A stretch of DNA of 64,000 nt from Candidatus Atabeyarchaeum deiterrae (lineage in GTDB: Archaea > Asgardarchaeota > Atabeyarchaeia > Atabeyarchaeales > Atabeyarchaeaceae): NCBI GenBank assembly GCA_037310415.1, contig CP147780.1, positions 96,001-160,000 of the forward strand, written 5' to 3'. Below the pieces are notes generated by a model that saw nothing but the letters and a program-made list of their open reading frames with translations, had not been told where the DNA came from and searched no databases. Below are positions 48,692 through 59,211 of the stretch, piece by piece. Numbering within the stretch: position 1 is the first letter of the stretch; each line of letters starts with the position of its first letter. The position numbers were made by a program, and so were the translations under genes.

Positions 48692-49924
48692 GTGTTGAAT
48701 ATGCCTGAACGCAACATCATGGTTGAATCAGTGATGCAGACTCCTGTCGAGAAACAGCATGTTGAGCTGGTTGAGAGGAAAGGAGTTGGCCATCCTGACT
48801 CTATTTGCGATGGATTCGCCGAGGAATTAAGTAGAAAGTTATGTTCTCTCTACAAGGAAAAAATCGGCTATGTGCTCCATCATAATGTTGACAAGCTACT
48901 TCTCACAGGCGGAGTTGCCACGCCGAGGTTTGGGGGTGGCGAAGTAACTAAACCGATAATCATAACGACTTCAGGCAGGGCGACTCAGGAGCATGATGGC
49001 GTGAAGTTCGTTATGGCTGACATAGCTAAGGAGACTCTTTCTGAGTTTATCAAGCGAAACTTCAGGTATCTGAAGTACCCCCCGCACATACAGCTTGACA
49101 TTCTCACAAAGCCTGGTTCACCTGATCTAACGGATCTGTTTATCCGATATCAGAGATCCAAAGAGATACCTGGTGCTAACGACACCAGCTTTGGGATAGG
49201 CTATGCGCCTCATAGTGAGTTAGAGAAAGCCGTACTTGGGATAGAAGCATTAGTTAACTCCAAGGAATTCAAGAGTAGAAAAACAATGTATGGCGAAGAT
49301 GTCAAGGTGATGGGTCACAGAATAGCTGACAAACTCTACTTTACTATGGCGACACCTCAGATCAGTTCGCTTGTACCAGGTCCAAAGCAGTACCTTGAAA
49401 ACAAGGTGAAACTCGTTGAGGAAGTGAAGGGTTTCCTCAAGAAGACCTGCAAGAGGGATTTCCAGACTCAGAACAATACCGCAGATAACGAAAATGATCC
49501 ATTATCATATTACCTCACAGTCACTGGGACTTCGGCAGAGATGGGCGACGACGGAGAAGTTGGAAGAGGTAACCGGGTTAACGGCATCATATCTCCAAAC
49601 AGGCCCATGAGTCTTGAAGCAGCTGCTGGGAAGAATCCTGTTACCCACGTCGGAAAGATATACAACGTGCTAGCCTTTAAGACAGCTAACAGGATCTACG
49701 AAGAGGTCGGTGACGACAGGATCGAGGAAGTATACGTGAGGTTGCTGAGCGCAATAGGAAAAGCCATAGATAAGCCCCAAGTTGCCTCAGCCCAGATGAT
49801 ACTGAGACCAGGGGTTAGGCTTGAGTCGATAAGAAGCAATGTTGAGTCGATAATCGAGGACAATTTGAGAAACATAACCAAGATGACAGATGAATTCATC
49901 AAAGGAACACTGAGGGTCTTTTAG
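48692..49924 (+). CDS. mat: Archaeal-type methionine adenosyltransferase
   Basis: [50 protein letters not shown]. Confidence 0.97.
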   Translation: MLNMPERNIMVESVMQTPVEKQHVELVERKGVGHPDSICDGFAEELSRKLCSLYKEKIGYVLHHNVDKLLLTGGVATPRFGGGEVTKPIIITTSGRATQEHDGVKFVMADIAKETLSEFIKRNFRYLKYPPHIQLDILTKPGSPDLTDLFIRYQRSKEIPGANDTSFGIGYAPHSELEKAVLGIEALVNSKEFKSRKTMYGEDVKVMGHRIADKLYFTMATPQISSLVPGPKQYLENKVKLVEEVKGFLKKTCKRDFQTQNNTADNENDPLSYYLTVTGTSAEMGDDGEVGRGNRVNGIISPNRPMSLEAAAGKNPVTHVGKIYNVLAFKTANRIYEEVGDDRIEEVYVRLLSAIGKAIDKPQVASAQMILRPGVRLESIRSNVESIIEDNLRNITKMTDEFIKGTLRVF

Positions 49925-50078
49925 GACCTCCATGCTTTCTTGACCTCTGCGCAGTGGACCAGTCGCGCAGGAAAACCTGAGCCGTGAGAACTTTGGAGTG
50001 GTCATTCTTAACATCTAACTATAGTGACAAAACTTTAAGTACGATAAGTTCGTCGTTGACCCTGAAGGTGAATGTTGT

Positions 50079-50501
50079 TTGGCGAATGATGAAGTAAAGA
50101 AAATCAAACAAAAGAAACTTGATGAGAGAATGAAGAAAATCGACGTTGAAGGAAAGAAATCTTCAGGAACCGAAGATGGCCCACGCCACCTGGGAGACGG
50201 CGATTTCAACGACGTGATCGCAAAAGCAGATCTCGCTTTGGTAGATTTCTACGCAGATTGGTGTGGACCGTGTAAGATGATGGCTCCAATAGTCGAAAAT
50301 CTTGCAAAAGAATACAGCGGCAAAGCCTTGGTAGCGAAAGTCAACGTCGATAAGAATCCGGTCATATCACAGAAGTTCGGCATTGTTTCTATTCCAACAT
50401 TTGGCGTCTTCAAGAAAGGGAAGTTAGCCGGGACGATCATCGGCGCTGTGGGGAAAGAGGCGCTTAAAGGTGCACTTGACAAAGCTGCAAAGTCAGCATA
50501 G
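50079..50501 (+). CDS. trxA: Thioredoxin
   Basis: DFYADWCGPCK, SIPT. Confidence 0.95.
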   Translation: MANDEVKKIKQKKLDERMKKIDVEGKKSSGTEDGPRHLGDGDFNDVIAKADLALVDFYADWCGPCKMMAPIVENLAKEYSGKALVAKVNVDKNPVISQKFGIVSIPTFGVFKKGKLAGTIIGAVGKEALKGALDKAAKSA

Positions 50502-50716
50502 ACACGGAGAAACTGATTTGTGTTTGGTGCATCCATAGTAGCCATTTTTCTTCTACATTTCAAGTTTTCCGACCTAAGTACTATTTCTACTCGTCCGCTT
50601 GGAGCCGTCAAGATGCTTCTTGCTATGAGCACATTATCTGATTCGATTTTTTGGGGGAATCGAAAACTACTTTTCTAAGTTCCCTCCTCAGTAGTGGTTG
50701 TCGGAGGTTATCATAG

Positions 50717-51958
50717 ATGCCTGAGAAGGTTGCGATTGTTGGTTTTGGAGTGACGCCTTTTGCGGCGAGGCATCCTGATGCGACGTACTTTGAGCTTGCT
50801 TTCGACGCAACTAAGGCTGCCCTCGATGACGCTGAACTGACTCCAAGAGATATAGATGCTGCTGTTTACGGGGTCTATAACGATTTGTTCGAACGGCAGT
50901 TTATGCAAGATGTGTTGATCCACGATTATCTTGGTTTGTATGGAAAACCTGGTGTTCGTGTGACGACTGGAGGGGCAACTGGGGGTTACGCTTTCAGAGA
51001 GGCTTACCTGACGGTTGCGTCGGGGCTTCATGATATCGTCTTGTGTTTGGGAACTGAGAAGTGCGCTGATTGCTTTGATTATGTTGTTGGGAAAGCCACG
51101 CCTGAGGTTGTCAAAGCCATAGCGTATTCTGCTGATATGACGTATGAGTTTCCGTCGGGCATGTACGCTGCTTCATCTTATGCGCTCCTTGCTCGCGCTC
51201 ACATGGATAAGTATGGAACCAGTGAAGAACAAGCCGCGAAAGTCTCCGTCAAGAATCATAGGAACGCCAAGTTGAACCCGATTGCTCAAAGTCCAATGGA
51301 TATCACGGTTGAAGAAGTGATGAAGTCAAGAATGATCGCTTATCCTTTCAAGATGCTTGACTGTTGCCTCTACACGGAGGGGTCTGCGGCCCTCGTCCTT
51401 GCTTCTGAGAAGAAAGCGATGGAAATCACAGATACCCCGATCTGGGTAAAGGGAATAGGTGCTGCAAACGACAAAGCATTCACGGGCTTTCGAACGAGCA
51501 ACGACAAACTTGGGAAATATGGAGACATAGCTGACCTAAGAAGTCACTACGCGGCCAGTGAGGCAGCTTATAGAATGGCTGGTATCACAGATCCGGTTCA
51601 CCAACTTGATATAGCAGAGCTGCATGATGCGTTCAGTTTCACTGAACTACAAGCATACGAAGCCATGCGTTTCTGCTCGCCAGGCCAAGGTGGCAAATTC
51701 ATAGATGAAGAGGTACCTGAGAGGAGTGGAGCGCTTCCATGCACAGTATCCGGTGGGTTGATAGGATGCGGTCACGCTGTGGGTGCCACAGGAATAATGC
51801 AGACGGGAGAAGTGGCTATGCAATTGAGGGAAGAGGCAGGGAAGAAACAAGTGCCCATAACTCGGGGAAATGGACTTGTTCACAGCATCGGTGGCCCAGG
51901 CTCATGCTATTGCACAGTTGCAGTTCTGGGTAGGGACAAGGGTAAGGAGGGTAGGTGA
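50717..51958 (+). CDS. SCP2-type thiolase-family protein lacking the N-terminal nucleophilic Cys
   Basis: KNHRNA, AELHDAF, GHAVGATG. RVTTGGATGG occupies the position of the usual ACASG motif. Confidence 0.9.
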   Translation: MPEKVAIVGFGVTPFAARHPDATYFELAFDATKAALDDAELTPRDIDAAVYGVYNDLFERQFMQDVLIHDYLGLYGKPGVRVTTGGATGGYAFREAYLTVASGLHDIVLCLGTEKCADCFDYVVGKATPEVVKAIAYSADMTYEFPSGMYAASSYALLARAHMDKYGTSEEQAAKVSVKNHRNAKLNPIAQSPMDITVEEVMKSRMIAYPFKMLDCCLYTEGSAALVLASEKKAMEITDTPIWVKGIGAANDKAFTGFRTSNDKLGKYGDIADLRSHYAASEAAYRMAGITDPVHQLDIAELHDAFSFTELQAYEAMRFCSPGQGGKFIDEEVPERSGALPCTVSGGLIGCGHAVGATGIMQTGEVAMQLREEAGKKQVPITRGNGLVHSIGGPGSCYCTVAVLGRDKGKEGR

Positions 51959-51962
51959 GAAC

Positions 51963-52601
51963 ATGGCAAGCGGCTCAAGAGTTGATAAGGAGAAAGGAAA
52001 GAAGACAGCCATCGAGGAAGCCAAGAGAAAGATTGCCGAGGAGACCAAAGGTGAACCGCTAGAAGTTGAGATAAACAAGATAATTGCTTCAAGGGCTGAG
52101 AAACTGAGTTTTGAGAAAGACAAGTACTTCGAGATATGGGACAAGTATGTGATGTCTTACAAGTATTCGTATGGGAGACAGTCACGGTTCTTCAAGGAAC
52201 TGTATTCGAACCAGAATATCATGGGATCAAAATGCCCTAAGTGCGGTACTGTCTACTGCCCTCCTAGGTCTCATTGTTCAGAGTGCTATGAAGAAAACGA
52301 GTGGGTTATCTTGCCTCAGACTGGGAAAGTTTTGACTTCGGTCGTCTGCTGGTACGTCAGTTCAGAGTTCTTTATAGAGGTCCCCTACGCGTGTGCTTAT
52401 GTTCAGGTTGATCACACTGATACTGGAATGCTACAGCGAATCGTGTCTCGAGATGTAGAGAAGGTTAGACCGGGGATACGTGTTCGAGCTGTGTTCAAGG
52501 AGAAAAGAGAAGGTAAGATGTCGGATTTCTACTTCGTTCCCGAAGGGGAACACGCCTATTGGTCTCAACAAGAAAGGAAAAAGACATTGAATAAGTCCTA
52601 A
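51963..52601 (+). CDS. DUF35 Zn-ribbon/OB-fold acyl-CoA-binding partner
   Basis: KCPKCGTVYCPPRSHCSEC followed by an OB fold. Lies 4 bp after the thiolase. Confidence 0.92.
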   Translation: MASGSRVDKEKGKKTAIEEAKRKIAEETKGEPLEVEINKIIASRAEKLSFEKDKYFEIWDKYVMSYKYSYGRQSRFFKELYSNQNIMGSKCPKCGTVYCPPRSHCSECYEENEWVILPQTGKVLTSVVCWYVSSEFFIEVPYACAYVQVDHTDTGMLQRIVSRDVEKVRPGIRVRAVFKEKREGKMSDFYFVPEGEHAYWSQQERKKTLNKS

Positions 52602-52678
52602 CATCTTCTGCTGGAATTGCCTGGTTGCAGGATCTTCGCCTTTGGGTTTCTAAGTCTAGATCTGGGATCTTTTGAAGA

Positions 52679-53131
52679 TCATTGGGGAACTGGTCCGTCA
52701 AAATTGCTCAACCTAGTCTTCAGTTTCTCTGCTATTTCGTCTAGGGCTGCTCTATCGGCTGGCTGTCTGATCGTGGCCAGTCTGCCACCGACACCCGTAG
52801 CGCCAGTGCGGGGAATGACATGTATGTGAAAGTGATAGATCTTCTGACCTGCCGATACCCCATTGTTTTGCAGAAGGTTGACCCCAGTTACGTCAGTGAG
52901 CGCTGACTTGACGGCAAAAGCCATTTTTCTCGCCAGTCTGAATGTTTCGACTGCAAGATCCTCGGGTATCTCAAAAAGATCAGTGTAGTGAGACTTGGGT
53001 ACGACAAGCACGTGACCATTCGCCAAGGGGAATGCATCCATGAATGCCATAATTGCGGGACCTCGAAAAACGAAACTCGCGGGCAACTCGCCCTTAATTA
53101 TTGAGCAAAATCTGCAACTACTTTCGCCCAT
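52679..53131 (-). CDS. HIT-family hydrolase
   Basis: CRFCSI, GHVLVVPK, AGQKIYHFHIHVIPR. Confidence 0.95.
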   Translation of the reverse strand: MGESSCRFCSIIKGELPASFVFRGPAIMAFMDAFPLANGHVLVVPKSHYTDLFEIPEDLAVETFRLARKMAFAVKSALTDVTGVNLLQNNGVSAGQKIYHFHIHVIPRTGATGVGGRLATIRQPADRAALDEIAEKLKTRLSNFDGPVPQ

Positions 53132-53436
53132 GATCGACGCCTCGATACCCTTGGATTTCACCGTCCAGCCTATACAAAGCTGTGATGACCCTGGCAAAAA
53201 TCTCAATCTGTTTCCAGCATTCTGTTGACTCCTTAGACGTCGCGAACCTCTTATAGATTACGTGGAACGATATTCTCCATCAAAGTGCGGTGGCCTTGAA
53301 CGATTTCCCGCTGCCCTTACACATAAATAGAAGGGGAGTTTCAACTGACTAAAACTCATGGGAAAGGGTTAAATTGAAGTACAAGGAAACTAACAAGTCA
53401 ATCTAGTGATCGCATTTTGGAGGATCAACAGGAAAA

Positions 53437-55146
53437 ATGAGCAACAAGAGTTGTTATTCAAATAAGCCTTGGCTAAAGAACTACCCCAAAGGCATAAAGC
53501 CGAAAATCGACTATCCAGCAATACCATTGTTTGGTCTCTTGGATATGACTGCCAAAGATTTTCCCGACAATGATGGATTTGTCATGATGGGAAAAACCAT
53601 CAAATATGGAGAATTCAAGACGCTCGTGGACAAGTTCGCAACTGCTCTCGCAGCAATCGGAATCAAGAAAGGAGATACAGTCGCTCTTCATATGCCCAAT
53701 ATTGTCCAATTCCCGCTGGCGTACTATGGTGCCTTGAAGGCGGGCGCGAAGGTGACTTGTTGTAGTGCACTTCTCTCAGGTCCTGAACTAGAATTCCAGC
53801 TAAATGACAGTGGTGCACAGACATTAGTCACATTTGATGACAGACCACGAAAAGGTGGCCAATTCGACACAATCGCAGCAATCAGAAACAAGACGAAGTT
53901 GAAAAATGTCATACTTACGGCTTTGAGAGATTTTCTGCCAGGAAAAACATGGACGCCTCCGGAGACGCCTGGGTTTATACAGCTATTGAACCTGCTCTCA
54001 AAATACGAGGCCAATCCACCGAAAGTGAGCATAAATCCAAAGGAGGACATAGCTGTCCTTCAGTACACGGGTGGAACTACTGGTGTGCCAAAGGGTGCAA
54101 TCCTTACTCATATGAACTTGGTTGCCAATGCGCTGCAATGTGGCGATTGGAATGAGGGATCAGTCAGGGGAAAGGAAATCGCCCTAATTAACTTGCCACT
54201 GTTCCACATTTATGGTCAGACGGTGTGCATGAACTACTGTGTCTACGCAGCGGCAAAGTTGGTGCTTAATGTCGACCCGCGGGATTTTCCCACACTATTC
54301 TCGTTAATAAAGCAGTATAAGCCGACAGTGTTTCCGGGTATCCCGACTCTGTTCATGAGAATGCTGCAATACCAGGATCTGCCCAAGTATGCTGAAGCCA
54401 TGAAGACGATCAGGATAATGAACAGTGGAGCTGCACCTTTGCCGCCTGAGGTTCTTAAGAAATTCGAGGAAGTTACTGGAGGCAAGATAGCTGAGGGATA
54501 CGGGTTGACAGAGTGTAGCCCTGTGACGCATTCTAACCCGCTCATTGGTCTAAGGAAAGTGGGTTCCATAGGTATGCCGTTTCCAGATACCGATGCGAAA
54601 ATCGTTGACATTGAGACGGGCAGCAAAGAGGTTCCGCTTGGTGAGGTCGGTGAACTGGCTATTAGAGGACCTCAGTGTATGAAGGGATACTGGAACAAGC
54701 CAAGTGAAACGGCAAAGCAAATGAGAAGTGAACTCTGCGGCGATAAAGGTCCTTGGGTGCTGACTGGTGACATGGCGAGGATGGACGAAGATGGATACTT
54801 CTATATAGTGGACAGAAAGAAGGACATGATTGATGTAAGTGGCTTCAAGGTCTATCCGCGTGAAGTCGACGACGTCCTTTTCGAACACCCAGCGGTGGCG
54901 ATGGCAGCTGCAGTCGGAGTTCCTGACCCCGAAATCCCAGGAAATGAAAGAGTCAAAGCTTTCGTGGTTCTGAAACAGGGGATTGAGGAGAGCGACAAGC
55001 TGAAAGAAGAAATAAGAGAGTTCTGTAGGAAGAAGTTAGCACCGTACAAAGTGCCCAAGTTCATAGAGTTTAAAAAGGATTTACCTATGACTCTCGTCGG
55101 AAAGGTGCTGAAAAGAAAGATACGTGAAGAAGAAGGCGGAAAGTAG
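53437..55146 (+). CDS. Long-chain fatty acid--CoA ligase
   Basis: YTGGTTGVPKG, EGYGLTE, TGDMARMD, VGKVLKR. Confidence 0.96.
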   Translation: MSNKSCYSNKPWLKNYPKGIKPKIDYPAIPLFGLLDMTAKDFPDNDGFVMMGKTIKYGEFKTLVDKFATALAAIGIKKGDTVALHMPNIVQFPLAYYGALKAGAKVTCCSALLSGPELEFQLNDSGAQTLVTFDDRPRKGGQFDTIAAIRNKTKLKNVILTALRDFLPGKTWTPPETPGFIQLLNLLSKYEANPPKVSINPKEDIAVLQYTGGTTGVPKGAILTHMNLVANALQCGDWNEGSVRGKEIALINLPLFHIYGQTVCMNYCVYAAAKLVLNVDPRDFPTLFSLIKQYKPTVFPGIPTLFMRMLQYQDLPKYAEAMKTIRIMNSGAAPLPPEVLKKFEEVTGGKIAEGYGLTECSPVTHSNPLIGLRKVGSIGMPFPDTDAKIVDIETGSKEVPLGEVGELAIRGPQCMKGYWNKPSETAKQMRSELCGDKGPWVLTGDMARMDEDGYFYIVDRKKDMIDVSGFKVYPREVDDVLFEHPAVAMAAAVGVPDPEIPGNERVKAFVVLKQGIEESDKLKEEIREFCRKKLAPYKVPKFIEFKKDLPMTLVGKVLKRKIREEEGGK

Positions 55147-55220
55147 AGCGCCCACGGAGCGATTTTCCTCATTTTCTTGGGGGGCAGTGCTCCCATCCCA
55201 CTTTTTTCTGAGGTTCTTCA

Positions 55221-55829
55221 TTATATTAGGGATCCGAAGGCCTCGACAACGCCTTTACCATCTTTGGCACTTGTTTCAACGTATTGAGTGGTTTTTCCCA
55301 CTTTTTGCGAGATCACCTTGGCTAGATTCGCTGCCTCCGCATTGCTGACGTTTCTTTTCAGGTCTGCTTTGCAGCCTACGAGTAGATAGGAAACTGGTGA
55401 GTTCCTGCCCGATAGACGTGGGACAACAAGATCATCTATGATTCTGATTAGTTCATTCAGAGACTCTATTCTGCTTAGGTCAATAGTCAGCATGCACTTA
55501 ACTGGAACCGACTTTGTTGGAGGAAACATCGTTTTCTGAATTAGACGATATTCACTGCTTCCAGCATAATCGCAAGTCACAATCTGGTACTGCTTTCCCC
55601 TGACATTCATGCTTGTGCTCTGTCTATCTAGAAATGTCGTGGTGGGATTGGTCGCCTCCCATTTGCCAGTGATTAACCTGCTCACAAGAGAGGTCTTTCC
55701 GCTACCTCTCCCGCCCAAGATCGCAATAACTGTGTAGTCTTTGCCCTTACCCTCTTTCAGACCAGCAAGAACCTGACCTAGGTCCTTCAGATCACCAGCG
55801 CTAAGGCTGCTCGTGCTTGTTACCTCCGT
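55221..55829 (-). CDS. Ras/Rab-like small GTPase (no canonical start upstream of strand beta-1)
   Basis: YTVIAILGGRGSGKTS, PTT, DYAG, LVGCKADL, ETSAKDG. The frame is open up to a TGA at 55835. Confidence 0.85.
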   Translation of the reverse strand, partial: TEVTSTSSLSAGDLKDLGQVLAGLKEGKGKDYTVIAILGGRGSGKTSLVSRLITGKWEATNPTTTFLDRQSTSMNVRGKQYQIVTCDYAGSSEYRLIQKTMFPPTKSVPVKCMLTIDLSRIESLNELIRIIDDLVVPRLSGRNSPVSYLLVGCKADLKRNVSNAEAANLAKVISQKVGKTTQYVETSAKDGKGVVEAFGSLI

Positions 55830-56078
55830 TTCTCAACCTCATCATGTTAGAGGAGAGTAGTTTTCGCTTCTCCCGCAAGTAAACAAGTGCCAAGTTTTGT
55901 TATATGCATTTACCTTTTGGCTGGAGTCTTTGAGCTCTTGGGCAGCGTCCATCACCTGCGTTAGTGACTGCAACCTTGATGCTCAAGCTGATTAGATTAT
56001 CTAATTCCTCTATTGCAAACATTAATATGTGACTGGGACTGTGAACTCATAGTTTGTGTGATTGTATGAGGCGAGAAA

Positions 56079-56426
56079 ATGAGTGTTTTCACGGTTGTAA
56101 TCATGGAAGCTCCTTATGGCAGAGAGAGGCCATATACGGCTTTGAGATTCGCGTTAACAGCTACTCTTGAGGGGCATAAGGTCAGGTTATTCCTTATCCA
56201 AGATGGGGTCTTTGTCGCGAGAAAAGCGCAGGCTCCTGATGCTTTTCCGAATATTGCAGGTTTGCTCTCGGACGCGGTGAAGGAAGGCGTGGAGGTCAAA
56301 ACATGTACTCCTTGTTGCAAGGCAAGGGGGCTATCTATCGATGATTTTGTGCAAGGAGTTCAAATGGCGACGATGAGCGATTTAGTGGAGTGGTCTACAA
56401 GTAGTGATAAGGTTCTCACATTCTGA
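56079..56426 (+). CDS. DsrE/DsrF-like protein
   Basis: APYG, FLIQDGV, CTPCCKARG. Confidence 0.9.
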   Translation: MSVFTVVIMEAPYGRERPYTALRFALTATLEGHKVRLFLIQDGVFVARKAQAPDAFPNIAGLLSDAVKEGVEVKTCTPCCKARGLSIDDFVQGVQMATMSDLVEWSTSSDKVLTF

Positions 56427-56437
56427 CATATCGAAAC

Positions 56438-56869
56438 TCATGACATCTCTTTCATCGAGGCATAGAAAGCATCTAAGACAACTAGGGCCCTGTCGATAGT
56501 TTCGTTATCTGTTTTTGATCCTTTCTCTAGCCCCTTTAGCACAAAGCACAATCCGAGTGTTTCCTTCAATCTCACTTCGGCGGGGTTTTCATGTGCGTCG
56601 ATTTCAAAGTCATGGATGAATTCGCCAATTCTCAGAACACATGCATCCTTGATGTCGTGTTTCTCGACCAAGACGTCAAAAGTTGTTTTCTTCCCTTCAA
56701 CTGGTTTTATACATGCGTTAGGCAGTGTGAAAGCAATTGCATTCTTGGGGATTGGGTCGTATTTGGAAATGAACTCGAATATGGCATTTTTGTCAACAAA
56801 TCTCTTGATTAGCCATGCTGAGGCGCAGCGATCAGCGTGAGGCCTGTTTCGAGTAACCCACAACATCAC
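56438..56869 (-). CDS. ChrB-domain (chromate resistance) protein
   Basis: WVTRNRPHADRCASAWLIKRFVD. Confidence 0.85.
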   Translation of the reverse strand: MMLWVTRNRPHADRCASAWLIKRFVDKNAIFEFISKYDPIPKNAIAFTLPNACIKPVEGKKTTFDVLVEKHDIKDACVLRIGEFIHDFEIDAHENPAEVRLKETLGLCFVLKGLEKGSKTDNETIDRALVVLDAFYASMKEMS

Positions 56870-56904
56870 AAGATCATCTCGCAGGGAGTCAGGAGAAAAT
56901 CAAC

Positions 56905-57408
56905 TTATTCCTTGAACTTCTGCTTAAGAAACGGTCTTATCTGTTTCTTGTCCATTCTCTCGATTTCAGATTTGTATTTCTCTTTTATGAGTTTGAACTT
57001 GCAGTAGCTGTACAATGCGTCGTATACTGGCGTAGCATTTTGAACTGCTTCAAAGTCGTCTTTCGCGACCATTGATATGCCAGTCATTATTGCACTCAGG
57101 CCGGCTCCTTCGGGTGCCACTTCTGGTTTGTCCGTATCTGCCGCGCGAACAATTTTCGCAAGTTCCAAGATGGGAGGATCCTTGATCTTGTATTTCTCTA
57201 CTATTGCATCAAAACTGCATTGATCAGCGTGATGACCAAGTTCTACATTGGGTGCATCGTAAGGGATTGCTTTCTCTTTCTTAACAGTATAATCTATCCT
57301 CTCAACTGGAACAAAGAAGAATTCGGCCCTTGGGTCGATAAATCGCTTGATCAGCCATGGGCAGGCAGTTCTATCGACATGAACGTATTCTCTTGTCACC
57401 CACTTCAT
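56905..57408 (-). CDS. ChrB-domain (chromate resistance) protein
   Basis: MKWVTREYVHVDRTACPWLIKRFIDP...CSFD...IVRAADT...YDALY. Confidence 0.9.
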   Translation of the reverse strand: MKWVTREYVHVDRTACPWLIKRFIDPRAEFFFVPVERIDYTVKKEKAIPYDAPNVELGHHADQCSFDAIVEKYKIKDPPILELAKIVRAADTDKPEVAPEGAGLSAIMTGISMVAKDDFEAVQNATPVYDALYSYCKFKLIKEKYKSEIERMDKKQIRPFLKQKFKE

Positions 57409-57469
57409 GGTTTCTCGCCTATCCTCTGAAACTGGAGTAGATATGACTAGTGCCACAATATAAATCTGG

Positions 57470-58669
57470 TCACCCCCCAGAGAGGCGTGAAGTACGGTTG
57501 CCACAAAATGGCTGAAGCTGTCGATGAAAGATTCTTGTCGGTATAAATACAACCATTGCTGCGACGAATGCCAGGACTGGCGCCAGTGCAAAGACAGACT
57601 GATAGCTGTTTGTGAACTGTATAATGATACCGAACATGATTGGACCTATCAGGTTTCCTATATCCAGCCCCATTGTGTAAATGCTAGAAAGAAAACCCCT
57701 GCTGTTTTCGGGGCACCTCATCAAAGCGAGCGTCTGCGAACCAGGCACGTAGATTCCCGTGCCGATTCCGAAGATTGGTGCCGCAAAGTAGAGGTATGGT
57801 GGAACTTGCGTAAAGTAGATGACAACCAGCGCCACAGAAATGATTAGTAAGCCCAGATAGGTCATCATAGCTGGGTGTCTGTCGGCACCCCTGCCTGCTG
57901 CTACCCTGAAAGCGACGCTGAAGCCTGCTTGAGTGAAGAGAAACAGACCAATCTCAAATGCGGCGACAGAGGGCGTAGGTGCGATCGACTCAAGATAGGC
58001 CGACAAGAAAGTGAGCATGCCTGTCCACGCAACTGCATAGATTATCAGACCGGAAAGAGCGAGTACAAAGCCCGTCTCTCCAATACAGCGGACTGGGTGA
58101 GCACTAGCAGATGATTTCCGCTTGGTATCTCTGAATACTACGAGCGGGATTAGGAGCATAAGGAATAGAGATGATATTCCGAATGTAGTTCTGAACTGAA
58201 GGGCCCCTGCCAAAATGCCGCCAAGGGCTGGGCCAACGGTGAATCCGATTCCAATCATCATACTTCGCCATCCAAGCGTCTCTCCAAGCTTTCCTTTGGG
58301 AGCTTGGTCGACTGCACTGGCTATTGAAGATGGGATGAATGAAGCAACTGCAGCACCTTCAATGAGTCTGGCAACCATCACGTGAAGGACGTCTCCAAAG
58401 AAGTAGAGGATGGCGTATGCAACAGACGCAAGAATGGTTCCAATGATCATCAGATTTGACCTTGACCATTTGTCGCTGGCTACTCCGGAGGCTGGTCTGA
58501 GCAGTATAGCTGTGATTGATATGCTTGAGACAGTGAATCCTATGATGAAAGTGTCGGTGGTAATTGTTCGCAGGTATTCCGGTATGAGAGGGACCACGAC
58601 TTGGACGAGTGTGAAGAACAGCATCGTCGCTACGTTCACTCGCCATATGAGTGCTCTCATCTTTTCCAC
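57470..58669 (-). CDS. MFS transporter
   Basis: 12 TM segments. RPASGVASDKWSR, GRGADRH. Confidence 0.9.
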   Translation of the reverse strand: MEKMRALIWRVNVATMLFFTLVQVVVPLIPEYLRTITTDTFIIGFTVSSISITAILLRPASGVASDKWSRSNLMIIGTILASVAYAILYFFGDVLHVMVARLIEGAAVASFIPSSIASAVDQAPKGKLGETLGWRSMMIGIGFTVGPALGGILAGALQFRTTFGISSLFLMLLIPLVVFRDTKRKSSASAHPVRCIGETGFVLALSGLIIYAVAWTGMLTFLSAYLESIAPTPSVAAFEIGLFLFTQAGFSVAFRVAAGRGADRHPAMMTYLGLLIISVALVVIYFTQVPPYLYFAAPIFGIGTGIYVPGSQTLALMRCPENSRGFLSSIYTMGLDIGNLIGPIMFGIIIQFTNSYQSVFALAPVLAFVAAMVVFIPTRIFHRQLQPFCGNRTSRLSGG

Positions 58670-59211
58670 CCGTGGATGGTTTGAGATCTAGCGAACTGAA
58701 ATCGCATTCTGGTTATCCTAATAACGTAGTTCTGAACGAGAATGAAGTCCTATTGCGTGAGCAGCTATTCCAAAGCCGCGCACATTGCACTAACATAATA
58801 GAATTGGGAATCTTGCTCTGCTATAAGTTGGGGACTATTTATACTCTCTGTTGTGAACTGGTGGTTGATTGCAGATCGATTGTACACCTATTAAGAGTGG
58901 TTTGAAGGTGTTGTTTCGCTATGGGAAGTTTCATAATTCCAGTTGCCCTAAAACCATTTCTGGATCTCATGTTTGGCCTTGGCGCCATCGCAATGTTTGG
59001 TGAGATCATCATCGTACTGCATCGCGCTATATCCATCAGATTTACAATTGGACGAATCACCGAGCTTGTAATTTCTAGCTTTCTCTTTGTGATATGTCTA
59101 GATTGGACCACGGGTTTCTACTTCTTCGAAAACACGATTGCCCCGTTAGTTTGGAACACCCTAAACAGTACGTAGCAAAACTAGGAACGGTTGTTACAAG
59201 ATGCTATTATC

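Noticed and set aside
58651-59175. Short plus-strand hydrophobic ORFs between the MFS and M20 genes
   Set aside because: Possibly a decayed membrane-protein gene, but no family is recognisable and support is insufficient.
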